Below are positions 38,360-47,290 of a stretch of DNA of 64,000 nt, piece by piece (position 1 is the first letter of the stretch; each line of letters begins with the position of its first letter). This DNA is from an uncultured delta proteobacterium (lineage in GTDB: Bacteria > Myxococcota_A > Polyangia > Polyangiales > Polyangiaceae): the NCBI GenBank assembly GCA_963841435.1, contig CAWJCS010000003.1, forward strand, positions 1,088,001-1,152,000. Direction: 5' to 3'. The position numbers and the translations under genes were made by a program. The notes below the pieces were generated by a model. That model was not told the DNA's origin and searched no databases. It was given only the letters and a program-made list of their open reading frames with translations.

Positions 38360-39355
38360 TTACTTTCCCTCGAGAACGCGCGCGGTGACCTCGGCTACGT
38401 CTCGCGAGAAGAGCTTCGCACCCTGCGCGTCGAGATGCAGATCGTCGGCGAAGAATCGGTCGTCGATCCAGCTCGGCGCGGCGCTGTTCGCGCAGCGCCC
38501 ACCGTGGCGTTCGACCTCACGGCACATCGCCGCGCGGACGACCCCCGCGTTGGGCGCCTGGTTCTGCGCGTTCCTGTAGTCGGCGGGCATCGGCAACTCG
38601 ACGACGAGCGACTCCACGCCGTGCTCCTTGGCGAGCGCGAGCCACGCCAAAAATGCCGGATGAAACGGCACGCGGTCCGGAAAACCGCCGAGCTGCTGCG
38701 CCATCTCAGTTCGCATGCCCTCCGCCAGGGCGCGCATGTCCGCGACCAGACCGAAGCGGTTGCGTTCGCTCGAAGCAGGTTTGCCGATGAGCCGATCCTG
38801 GAAGCGCTGAACGTGGGCCCAGGTGAGCGAGCCATACGACAAAAGTGGCCGTGAGCGCTGAACGAGGAACCGGAAACCGTCGTCGAAGTGGTGCCAGGGA
38901 AAGCCAGGGTAAAGCAGCGCCACGTCGCCCGGCTCTGACCAACCGAGAACGACGACCTGGTTGCCGATGAGCCTTTCGGGAGGCTCGGGCCTGGCGAGAA
39001 TCGAATCCAGCGTCACGCCGAGCAAAAGGAGACGCGGTCGGCGCGCGTACTCCACGAGATAACGCCGGAGGGCCACGTGGTGCGCCGCGATGTCCCCCGC
39101 CCCGATCGCGAGCTGCGCGTGGCACGCCGCGGGGTCGTCGCGCTGCAAGCGCTCGAGCAGCACCTCGGACACCAGCCCTGCCACCATGCGCGAGTCGCCG
39201 AACGTCGCGACGCAGCCTTGCCCGGCCGCGACCGCCGCGACGAGGGACCGTTCGGGAATGAACGTCTTTCGGACACGCCGGCCGTAGCTCACGTCGACCA
39301 CGGCGAGCGCGAGGAGCGCAGTGAGCACGCGGATCCAGAGCTTGGACGAAGCCAT
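38360..39355 (-). CDS. SGNH-like extracytoplasmic acyltransferase (DltD/AlgJ-type role)
   Basis: N-terminal TM anchor, FGDSR (block I Ser), and F.DDLHLD (DxxH). TGATG coupling to the upstream peptide. Confidence 0.75.
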   Translation of the reverse strand: MASSKLWIRVLTALLALAVVDVSYGRRVRKTFIPERSLVAAVAAGQGCVATFGDSRMVAGLVSEVLLERLQRDDPAACHAQLAIGAGDIAAHHVALRRYLVEYARRPRLLLLGVTLDSILARPEPPERLIGNQVVVLGWSEPGDVALLYPGFPWHHFDDGFRFLVQRSRPLLSYGSLTWAHVQRFQDRLIGKPASSERNRFGLVADMRALAEGMRTEMAQQLGGFPDRVPFHPAFLAWLALAKEHGVESLVVELPMPADYRNAQNQAPNAGVVRAAMCREVERHGGRCANSAAPSWIDDRFFADDLHLDAQGAKLFSRDVAEVTARVLEGK

Positions 39356-39531
39356 CAGAAGTCGATGTAGATGAACTTTGCGGCGCGACCCGCAAAGCTC
39401 AGGACGAGCAGGAGCAAGCCCACCCAATAGAGCCCGGTCAGGATCGAAACGACGGGTGACGCAGCGTAGCGCCGGGGCAGCGGGCGCGCGCCGCCGAGCA
39501 TTTCCAGAAGGAGAGCGAGCCTCGCTACCAT
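39355..39531 (-). CDS. 58-aa DltX-like membrane peptide
   Basis: Single hydrophobic helix and a C-terminal KFIYIDF; overlaps the MBOAT stop and the SGNH start. Confidence 0.72.
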   Translation of the reverse strand: MVARLALLLEMLGGARPLPRRYAASPVVSILTGLYWVGLLLLVLSFAGRAAKFIYIDF

Positions 39532-40734
39532 GGGCCGTTCACGACACGCGCCGCCGCCGCCTCGAAATGCCGGAGGTCCATGCAGAAAAGGGCCCAGCCG
39601 AACGTGACCGCCACGAACGTCAGCCCGATCGAGAAAAGCCCCCACGCGCGGCCCGTGGGGCGCCCCGGCCAGTGGCGAAACAGCCGGTGCACGACCAGAC
39701 ACACCCCATGCCAGAGGCCCCACAAAAGGAAGTTGTACGCGGCCCCGTGCCAGAGCCCCGACACCGCGAAGGTGACGAGCAGGTTCACTGCAGCGCGGAA
39801 GTTGCCTCGTCTGGAGCCACCGAGGGGCGCGTAGATGTAGTCGAAGATCCAGCGGCCCAGCGAGATGTGCCAGCGGCGCCAGAATTCGCGGATATTGGGA
39901 CTCGTGTAGGGCCAGGCGAAGTTCTCCGGGACGTGGATGCCGAACAGGTACCCGCTACCGATCGCGACGTCCGAATAGCCAGAGAAGTCGAGGTAGATCT
40001 TCATCCCGTACGCGAGCACCCAGGCGAGCACTTCCGGAGCGGTGGCCGTCGCGACCGCGGGGCCGTTCAGTTGATTCGACCATAGGCCGAAGGTGTCGGC
40101 AAGGACGTGCTTCTTGGCGAGACCCGCCAGAATACGGGTGATGCCACGCGAGAACAGCTCAGGATCGAAGCGTGCGCTCTCGAGTTGCGGCGCGAACTCC
40201 TGATATCGCTTGATGGGCCCCGCGACCATGGTCGGAAAGAAGAAGACGAAGGCAGCATAGCGATCGAGCGGGGGCCGTTCGAGCTTGCCCGCGTACACGT
40301 CGGTGGCGACGTGAATGAACTCGAAGGTGAAGAAGCTGACCCCGAGCGGGACGATCAACTTGGGCAGCGACGGCGTGCGTGCGAGACCGAGCGCCGACGC
40401 GAGATCGGCGAGCGCCTCGGAAGCGAACGAAGAATATTTGAAGACGGCGAGGATCAGAGATCGCTTGCAGGATGCCGAGGATGCACAGCCGCGAGCCACG
40501 CCGGTACCAGCGCGAAACCACGAGCTCCGCGACGAAGATGAGAATCGCGAGCGCACCCCACGCGCCGCCGAAGTAGATCGACCCGTAGTAGGCGAAAAAC
40601 AGAGCGCCGAAGCCAGCCGGAATCCAGGGGCGCAGCGCGCGACCAAAGGGCGCTCGGGTGCGACCCGCCCAGTGGAACGAGAGAACGCTCGGCCCCAAAA
40701 ACAGAAGGAAGAACGAGAATTCGTTGAAGATCAC
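39525..40734 (-). CDS. MBOAT family O-acyltransferase (AlgI/DltB-like) with an apparent +1 frameshift at about 40458
   Basis: MIFNEFSFFLLF, FKY, PLGVSFFTF, FFPTMVAGPI, DFSGYSD, ENF..PY, FWRRWHISL, SGLWHGA. Removing the A at 40458 joins ORFs 40159..40734 and 39525..40646. Confidence 0.88.
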
Positions 40735-41095
40735 GTCGTCGTCTCACGCCGGAGCCCACCAGGCGCACGAGCCGCGGTGAATCGCGTTCGCTTTCGGGCC
40801 GGAGCAATGCTGCCGGGCGAAGGAGCGTGGGACGTCACCAGGAGGCCGGCCATACCACGGTGCACCCGGATCGTCTCGCTCGGGGTCCGGCCGGCAGGCT
40901 GGATTGCGCCTCGATGAACGACCAAGCAGATGCGACGGCTTCTCGACACTCATACCACCGCCGAGCTGGGTAGAGCGCGGGGGAAAGTGGAGCTTCTCCA
41001 TCTGCCTCTGCCACCTGCACGGTGATGCACTGTGGGACCGGATCGTGAGCGCTCGAGTGCAACCGCAGCGGGCCGCGACGCGCGGTCAGCGGCGA

Positions 41096-41548
41096 TCAGC
41101 TGTCCGTGACGGTCACACGGTCAGTCACGCTCGCTCCCTCGGTGATGCGCAAGAGCTCACTCACCAGGCTTCCGAACACGTCCTTCAGGGTGCTGGTGTT
41201 TCCGAGCGGAAAGGGCGGCGCGAAATCCACGTCCGACGCGAGCGAGGTGCCCCTACGATCTGGTAGCGGAAAGTGCAGCGAGTGGACGGCCCGGGTCCGC
41301 AGGCTGACCGCGAGGTCCGAGGCCGGACGCTCGAGCATCTGTTCGAGCGGCTCGAGCTCTCGACGGAGCGCGACCGCCGGGACCGAGACGGTTCCGCTCG
41401 CGAGCGCTTCCCCCAGCTGGTGAAGGGACTGGAACGCGGCGGATGGCTCGCCTCCTTCGAGGTGATGCTGCACGTTGTCCCGCAGCATGGCGTAGACGAT
41501 CCAGCGTCGCTCGAAGCTGCCGTTCGGTCCTTCGAAGGTGAGGCTCAC
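41096..41548 (-). CDS. Hypothetical protein
   Basis: Normal globular composition from the GTG start (VSLTFEGPNG...WIVYAMLRDNVQHHLEGG); co-oriented with its neighbours. Confidence 0.5.
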   Translation of the reverse strand: MSLTFEGPNGSFERRWIVYAMLRDNVQHHLEGGEPSAAFQSLHQLGEALASGTVSVPAVALRRELEPLEQMLERPASDLAVSLRTRAVHSLHFPLPDRRGTSLASDVDFAPPFPLGNTSTLKDVFGSLVSELLRITEGASVTDRVTVTDS

Positions 41549-41603
41549 GCTCGAGAGACTAGCCTTTCCCCGCACGGGCCGGCAACGAAGCACTGGCCGG
41601 GGC

Positions 41604-42179
41604 TCATGAGACGGCTCGGAGGGGTGGGCGCCGCTGCTTCGCTCGCGGCCGCAACGCGCGAACGCGCGCACCGCGTGTCCATTTACTCGGAACCAAAAGC
41701 ACCGGCCGCGGGCTGGTGCGAGCGATACGCTCGGCGGTGGGCGCGATCACACCTTTTGTGCGCCCCTTGCCGACGACGATCAGGCTGGCATCGATCTCTA
41801 GGGCCGTCTCCAGCACCGTGCCTGCCACGGCGCCCGATTTGACCAGGATGCGGACATCGGCGGCCATGCGCCGCTCCGCGTCGTAGAGCTGTTGCCGTAG
41901 CCGTTGGCCGACGGCGGCGACCTGCTTGTCGAGCAGCTGCTGGTAGGCTTGGCGCTCGGCGCGAGACACCGGCCGATACCAGTGCAGGCGCTTGTCCAAT
42001 GCCTCGACGACGTGCACGACCACCAAGGATGCGCCGGCGGCCCCGGCAAGTCTCAGCGCCGTGCGGAGGGCCGACCCCGACGCCTGGGTCGCGTCCGTCG
42101 CGCAAAGGAAGGTCTCGCGCGTGGGCTGCCGCTTGACCTTGCCGCGGGCAGCGGTGAACGCGGGCTGAGACATGCTCAT
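41604..42179 (-). CDS. Universal stress protein
   Basis: LCATD..S..AL..A..LA, LVVVHV, ASLIVVG, TAERIARTSPRPVLLVP. Confidence 0.82.
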   Translation of the reverse strand: MSMSQPAFTAARGKVKRQPTRETFLCATDATQASGSALRTALRLAGAAGASLVVVHVVEALDKRLHWYRPVSRAERQAYQQLLDKQVAAVGQRLRQQLYDAERRMAADVRILVKSGAVAGTVLETALEIDASLIVVGKGRTKGVIAPTAERIARTSPRPVLLVPSKWTRGARVRALRPRAKQRRPPLRAVS

Positions 42180-42436
42180 TTCTTCTTCCTGCGTGGCCGG
42201 GGAGCTTGTGCGAGCGCGCTGCCAGCTGCGCGCCGCCCCGTGGGGCTCGTGGCGCGCTTGGCAAGGGCCCGGCCTGCGGCGCTGGCTGCACGGAGTCCCG
42301 TGCGCGCCGGGCGCCCGGTCTGGGACAGGGCGCTCGCCGCCGCTGTTCTGGCCGACGGGATGGCTTTCGGATTCCTGAGCGTCTTGCTGGCGGCGCTGGC
42401 CGCCTTGTTGCTCGTGCGTGCGATCCTTCTGGCCAT
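42176..42436 (-). CDS. Small, very basic two-repeat protein
   Basis: 86 aa, no Asp or Glu, two 33-aa repeats; GGAG RBS upstream; ATGA overlap with the USP gene. Confidence 0.6.
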   Translation of the reverse strand: MARRIARTSNKAASAASKTLRNPKAIPSARTAAASALSQTGRPARTGLRAASAAGRALAKRATSPTGRRAAGSALAQAPRPRRKKK

Positions 42437-42572
42437 GCGGCGTCTCCTCGCGTGAGTCCCAGAGCTTGTTGGACGTTCATGCCAGAACGTCGCGTCGCGG
42501 ACAAGCTGTTGCGCGCCCCGAAGACGCGCACGCCCATCGAGCGCTTGTCTTCCAAGACAGCCTCAATCGAGT

Positions 42573-44009
42573 CTAGTGTGGGACGGTCTGGAGCTCGGTG
42601 AACTCGAGCAGGCCTTCGTCACCGCCTTCGCGACCGTAGCCCGAGTGCTTCATGCCCCCGAACGGCGCCTCGGGCGTCGGACCGGTTCCGCTGTTGAGCG
42701 CGACGTGGCCAAACCGGAGCGCGGCGGCCACGCGGTCGCCGCGCTCGAGATCCCTCGTGAACACGTAGGCGGCCAGGCCGTACTCGGTGTCGTTGGCGGC
42801 TCGCACGACCTCCGCTTCGCTCTCGAACGTCACGAGCGGCACCACCGGGCCGAAAGCCTCCTCGCGGAGGATCGCCATCCCGTCGCGCACGCCCGTGAGG
42901 ACGGTCGGCGGATAGAACGCGCCGCCTTGGGAGCTCGTGTCAGCCGGCCCACCGACGAGGCGCTGCGCCCCCTTCTTCACGGCATCGTCAACCAGCCGTG
43001 TGACCTTTGCGACCGCGGCGGCGTCAATCATCGGTCCGATCTGGCTGTTCGGATCGAGCCCCGGGCCGAGCTTCAACTCCCGAACTTTGCCGGCAATGAG
43101 CTCGGTGAACGCCCGCGCGACGGGAGCCCCCACGTAGATCCGGTTCGCCGAGACGCAGGTCTGCCCCGAGCAGCGAAACTTGGTGGCCATCAGCTGCTCG
43201 GCAGCGACCCCCAGATCGGCATCCTCGAACACGATGAACGGCGCGTTGCCCCCGAGCTCCAACGCCAGACGCTTGAAGTGGGGTGCGGCCTGCGTCGCCA
43301 GCAGTCTACCGACCCCCGTCGACCCGGTGAAGCTGATGACACGAACCGCCGGGTGCTCGCAAAGGACGCGGCCGATGGCGGGCGCATCACCGAAGACGAG
43401 ACTCACCATGCCCCGCGGCAGGTCGAGCCGGTGGAGCAAGTGAAAGAGCGCGATGGTCGTGAGCGGCGTCTTCTCGGCCGGCTTCGTCACCGAGGGCGCG
43501 CCCGCAGCGATCGCACCCGAGAGCTTCTTCGCCAGCATCGCCAGCGGGAAGTTCCAGGGCGTGATCAGGCCGACAACCCCAGCGGGCCGCGCATGGACGG
43601 TCCAGGTCAGCCCCTTGGGCCGAGCGGCGAGCGTGCGGGGCGCGAGTGCGCTGGACTCCGCCGCCGAACGGTAGAAACCCGCCGCGTAGTCAACCTCGCC
43701 TTCGGCTTCGAGCAACGGCTTGCCGTTCTCGAGCGTGATGATGCGTCCGAGCTCCCGCCGTTCAGCGACCAGAGCGTCAGCGATCGCCCGCAGCCAGGCC
43801 GCGCGCTGCTCCAGGCGCGGCGGCGACTCGAGCGCGCGCTCGGCCGACGCCACCATGCGCTTCGCCTGCGCCTCGCCGTAGCTCGGGAGCTCCGCCAGAA
43901 GCTCGCCCGTGGCCGGGTTCTGGACGCGGAACGTGGGACCGGGGTGCTCGTCGAGGAAGGCTCCACCCTCGTAGCCGGCTAGACGCGAAATCAGAGGAGA
44001 GTTGAACAT
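42573..44009 (-). CDS. gabD: NAD(P)-dependent succinate-semialdehyde dehydrogenase
   Basis: ENGKPL.EA.GEV.YAA, ITPWNFP, KPAEKTP, FTGST, LELGGNAPF, GQTCV, EEAFGP, PFGGMK.SGYGREG. Confidence 0.85.
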   Translation of the reverse strand: MFNSPLISRLAGYEGGAFLDEHPGPTFRVQNPATGELLAELPSYGEAQAKRMVASAERALESPPRLEQRAAWLRAIADALVAERRELGRIITLENGKPLLEAEGEVDYAAGFYRSAAESSALAPRTLAARPKGLTWTVHARPAGVVGLITPWNFPLAMLAKKLSGAIAAGAPSVTKPAEKTPLTTIALFHLLHRLDLPRGMVSLVFGDAPAIGRVLCEHPAVRVISFTGSTGVGRLLATQAAPHFKRLALELGGNAPFIVFEDADLGVAAEQLMATKFRCSGQTCVSANRIYVGAPVARAFTELIAGKVRELKLGPGLDPNSQIGPMIDAAAVAKVTRLVDDAVKKGAQRLVGGPADTSSQGGAFYPPTVLTGVRDGMAILREEAFGPVVPLVTFESEAEVVRAANDTEYGLAAYVFTRDLERGDRVAAALRFGHVALNSGTGPTPEAPFGGMKHSGYGREGGDEGLLEFTELQTVPH

Positions 44010-44035
44010 GGCTCGTCCTTCCCGGTTCGGCACGC

Positions 44036-44653
44036 TCATAGGCTCGGCTCCGTCGCGGCGCTCACGATCTCGCATTCCTCGCTGCCGACGTTGCGAAAGC
44101 GATGCGGGATCCGGCTTTGGAAGTAGTAGGCGTCGCCCGGTCCGAGCACGCGCTCGTCGCCGCCGACGTTGATCAGGACCTTGCCACGTGTCACCACCCC
44201 GGCTTCTTCGCCCTGGTGCGAGAGGAGCTCCTCGCCCGTGTCCGCGCCCGGGGCATAGCGTTCGTGCAAGACTTGCAGCTTGCGTGCGTTCGTCGTCAGG
44301 CCGACCAGGCGCAACGACACCTGACCAGCTCCGATATCCGGCAGGTCGGCCGCCTTGAAGAACGGCGCGTCGGCCAGGCGCTCGAGATCGAAAGTGAAGA
44401 ACTCGGACAGGGTGAGCGAGAGCGCTCGGGTGAGCCGACGCAGGGAGCCGATCGACGGGTTGACCTGCCCCTGCTCGATCAGCGACACCGACCCGTTGGT
44501 GAGACCTGCACGGCGCGCGAGCTCGCGTTGCGACAGACCGAACTGGACGCGGATCGCCTTGAGGCGCGCGCCCAGCTCTTGGTCGGTCCCGTCCAGCTCC
44601 GAGAGGCGCTTGTCCGGGCGTTTCTCTTCAGAGTGTTTAATGGATTGAGTCAT
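44036..44653 (-). CDS. puuR: XRE-HTH plus cupin regulator, PuuR/PauR-like
   Basis: LGARLKAIR..GLSQRELARRAGLTNGSVSLIEQ..VNPS..SL; cupin segment GADTG..HQGEEAG...YF.S..PHRFRN. Confidence 0.8.
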   Translation of the reverse strand: MTQSIKHSEEKRPDKRLSELDGTDQELGARLKAIRVQFGLSQRELARRAGLTNGSVSLIEQGQVNPSIGSLRRLTRALSLTLSEFFTFDLERLADAPFFKAADLPDIGAGQVSLRLVGLTTNARKLQVLHERYAPGADTGEELLSHQGEEAGVVTRGKVLINVGGDERVLGPGDAYYFQSRIPHRFRNVGSEECEIVSAATEPSL

Positions 44654-44817
44654 TTTTGTTCGCTGGCGGATAATATTGTGAATAAATAGCCTAAAGTCGC
44701 GTGGCGGCGCAACTGCTTGTTTAGCGAACCATTACGAAACAGCACGGCCGTGGCTTCGGCACCCTCTGCTCGACCTCGACCGAACGGGCATCGCGATCGA
44801 GGTTGACGAAGCGTGGC

Positions 44818-45465
44818 TTAGCCTGTGTGCGCTGCGGCCCGCGGATTGAGCCACTCGATGACCGCCGCGTAGCCCTGGCTTTCGGGATCGTCGCGCAGAT
44901 AGTTCCCGACCACGGCGATCACCTTGAAGCCGTGGCTGAGCTGGAACGAGAGTGTGGGGCCATCGAGCTCACCGCTTTCGACCTTGCGCGCGTACTGCTC
45001 CGGGCTCATTTCCGCCGCCACCTTGCCGTAGCCGCGCAGGCGTGCCCCGGCGCGGATCCTGAGCAGACCGAGCCGTTCGACCAGACCACGCCGCGCGGCG
45101 TAGAGCTTGCTGCCGACTCCGCGGCGCTGAATCGTGGGGTCCACCATGACCTCCGCGCCGTACAGCGTCCGACCCGAGGTGTCGTGATTGGTGAACCGGC
45201 CGACATCGGTAAAGTCGCGCCAGTTGCCGTCCATCTCGTAGTCGTCCCACGAGACGATCAGGCTCGCGGCCATGCCGACCACGGCGCCGTTCGCGGGATC
45301 GACAGCCACGAACTGGCCCTCGGCGAACATGCTCAGGTGCGAGGAGAGCTGCTCCTCGGTCCAGGGGTGGCTCTTCGGGTAGACGCGCCGGCAAAGCGCG
45401 ATGATGCCGGAGAAGTCGCCCGGCGTGGTGGCGCGGACGACGATCGCCGGCTTGCCTCCGCTCAT
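44818..45465 (-). CDS. GNAT N-acetyltransferase of the type usually paired with a nitrilase
   Basis: FAEGQFVA, NHD..GRTLYGAEVMVDP..QRRGVG..LY, DGPTLSFQL..GF, YL.DD.ES.GYA..IEW.NP. Confidence 0.82.
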   Translation of the reverse strand: MSGGKPAIVVRATTPGDFSGIIALCRRVYPKSHPWTEEQLSSHLSMFAEGQFVAVDPANGAVVGMAASLIVSWDDYEMDGNWRDFTDVGRFTNHDTSGRTLYGAEVMVDPTIQRRGVGSKLYAARRGLVERLGLLRIRAGARLRGYGKVAAEMSPEQYARKVESGELDGPTLSFQLSHGFKVIAVVGNYLRDDPESQGYAAVIEWLNPRAAAHTG

Positions 45466-46346
45466 AACGTGGTGACGTGGGTCTGTGCCACGAGCTCGCT
45501 GGTCTTCAGGCTGTCGTTGAGTGGGAGCACCGTGCCGTTGGTACGCGATTCGGCGAGGGTTTCCATGTTGAGCTCGCCGATCACCATCGTTTCCTGATTG
45601 GGGATGCCCTCGGCAAGAACCCCGTCTCGGGCGAAGGGAAAGTCGCTCGGGGTCAGGATGGCCGCCTGGCCATAGTTGAGGGAAACCGCCGGAACCATGG
45701 GGAGCGAGCCGACGGTGGGCGACTGCACCACGTAGATCTGGTTTTCGATGGCGCGCGCGTGGGAGCAGATGCGAACCCTGGTGAATGCCTGGCGATCGTC
45801 GGTGCAGCTCGGGACGAAAAGCACCTGCACGCCCATGCGCGCGTAGGCGCGCGCCACCTCCGGGAACTCCACGTCGTAGCAAATCGTCACGCCGATCCGA
45901 CCAAAGCGGGTCTCGACGACCTGGACGCGCCCGCTCGATGACACGTCCCACTCCTCGGATTCGAAGCGGGTCATGTGAAGCTTGCCCTGTACCGCGTGAT
46001 CTCCGTTCGGCCCGAACACGAAGCACTCGTTGTGAACCGTGCCGCTGGCTCCTTGGGTGAGAATGGTGCCGCCGACGATGTAAATGTCGTGCTTGCGCGC
46101 GAGGCCCGTCAAAAGCTCGATGTAACGGTCCACGTAGCGAGGAAGGTCGCGCACCTGCTCCCTGATCGGTCGCTTGAGGTCACCCAGCGTCAGGAGCTGA
46201 AGCGTGAAGTACTCCGGGAAGACCACGACCTGGCACTTGTAGTCAGCTGCCGTCGTGACGAGCCCTTCGACCTGGTCCACGAACTGCTCGAAGCGTTGGA
46301 CGGGGCGGATGAAGTACTGAAGCGACGCAACGCGAACTCGAGACAT
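45462..46346 (-). CDS. Carbon-nitrogen hydrolase (nitrilase superfamily)
   Basis: Glu-Lys-Cys triad motifs: VFPEYF, QGKLHMT, ICYDVEFPE. Confidence 0.9.
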   Translation of the reverse strand: MSRVRVASLQYFIRPVQRFEQFVDQVEGLVTTAADYKCQVVVFPEYFTLQLLTLGDLKRPIREQVRDLPRYVDRYIELLTGLARKHDIYIVGGTILTQGASGTVHNECFVFGPNGDHAVQGKLHMTRFESEEWDVSSSGRVQVVETRFGRIGVTICYDVEFPEVARAYARMGVQVLFVPSCTDDRQAFTRVRICSHARAIENQIYVVQSPTVGSLPMVPAVSLNYGQAAILTPSDFPFARDGVLAEGIPNQETMVIGELNMETLAESRTNGTVLPLNDSLKTSELVAQTHVTTL

Positions 46347-46477
46347 CGTTCCAACGAATACCACGAGCCCCGTCTGGTCGTGATCCACTCCCGGCGCGTG
46401 GATTCGCCCATGGACCGGAGCCTGACAGGGCGCCCAGTGTCAGCCACGGCCTGTGTGCGAGTTGCGACGCACTCTAT

Positions 46478-46822
46478 ATGAACGTCGTTGGCTGCGGATC
46501 CGGCGAGGCCGCCGTGAAGCGCCTGCAGTGCGGCGAGCGCAATGATGTCATTGTCACGGATCTCGTCATGTCCGGCATGACCGGAACCGAGTTGATGCCC
46601 TTGGGCTACCGAGTGGCGGTGGACGACTTGGGTGCCGGCTACGCAGGGCGGTCTTGCGTCAACCTGCTCGAGCCAGACATCGTCAAGCTCGATATGTCAC
46701 TGATCCGCAATGTGGATGTATCCGCGCGCAAGCGATCGTTGGTCGGCTCGATGCTCCGGGTCTGTCAGCTCGCCGCGCTGGTCGCGGCGGGAGCGACTTT
46801 GTTGCAGGGCTATCTGTTCGCC
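46478..46822 (+). pseudogene. Internally deleted receiver-EAL remnant
   Basis: Receiver fragment DVIVTDLVMSGMTG joins directly to an EAL fragment AVDDLGAGY..VKLDMSLIR; the AEGVE segment is missing before LQGYLF. Confidence 0.7.
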
Positions 46823-46825
46823 AGC

Positions 46826-46967
46826 GTTGCCGCTCAAGGACATCACGGCACGCACCGGGCTCGGCGATCCGAGCACGCTTTTTCGCGTGTTCACCGAGCG
46901 GCTCGGCGTGACACCCGCGGCGTATCGGGAGCGGTTCGCGAGCGCGACCAAGCGCGCTGCCCGGTGA
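46826..46967 (+). pseudogene. AraC-family second HTH remnant
   Basis: LPLKDITARTGLGDPSTLFRVFTERLGVTPAAYRERF with no N-terminal domain. Confidence 0.65.
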
Positions 46968-47290
46968 GCTCTGGATGACGCGGGTCCGACACCGGTGCGA
47001 GCCCGCGAGCTTCGTGGGCTCCTTCACGGGCCTGCGGCAAAATCGATCGACAGGGTCTCTGCGAAGGATCACCAGATAGCCGTCACCGGAAAGGGCCCCC
47101 TCGGCGCCCGTGCCCCCACTCGAGGTCCCGGCAAATCCGCCGGATTCCGCGCGAGCTCTCGGACGACGCCGAGCGACCCGCGCACGCGACGCTGCCGGCG
47201 AGCGCGACCCCGAGCGCGGCGGAGGCTCAAAACCTGGCTCGAGCCCGGCGGCCGAGCGATGAGAGCGCGACCGAGGACGCGAGCAGCGGC

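Noticed and set aside
771-40734. Programmed frameshifting or phase variation in the GT-C-like, anti-sigma and MBOAT genes
   Set aside because: No slippery heptamers or long homopolymers at the sites; single-base insertions are better explained as sequencing errors.
40750-41095. Possible small ORFs between the MBOAT gene and the 41096 hypothetical
   Set aside because: No recognisable motif, RBS or consistent frame that I can support.
44702-44717. Sigma-54-like TGGC-N8-TGC motif
   Set aside because: It points along the plus strand, where no gene follows, and the match to consensus is weak.
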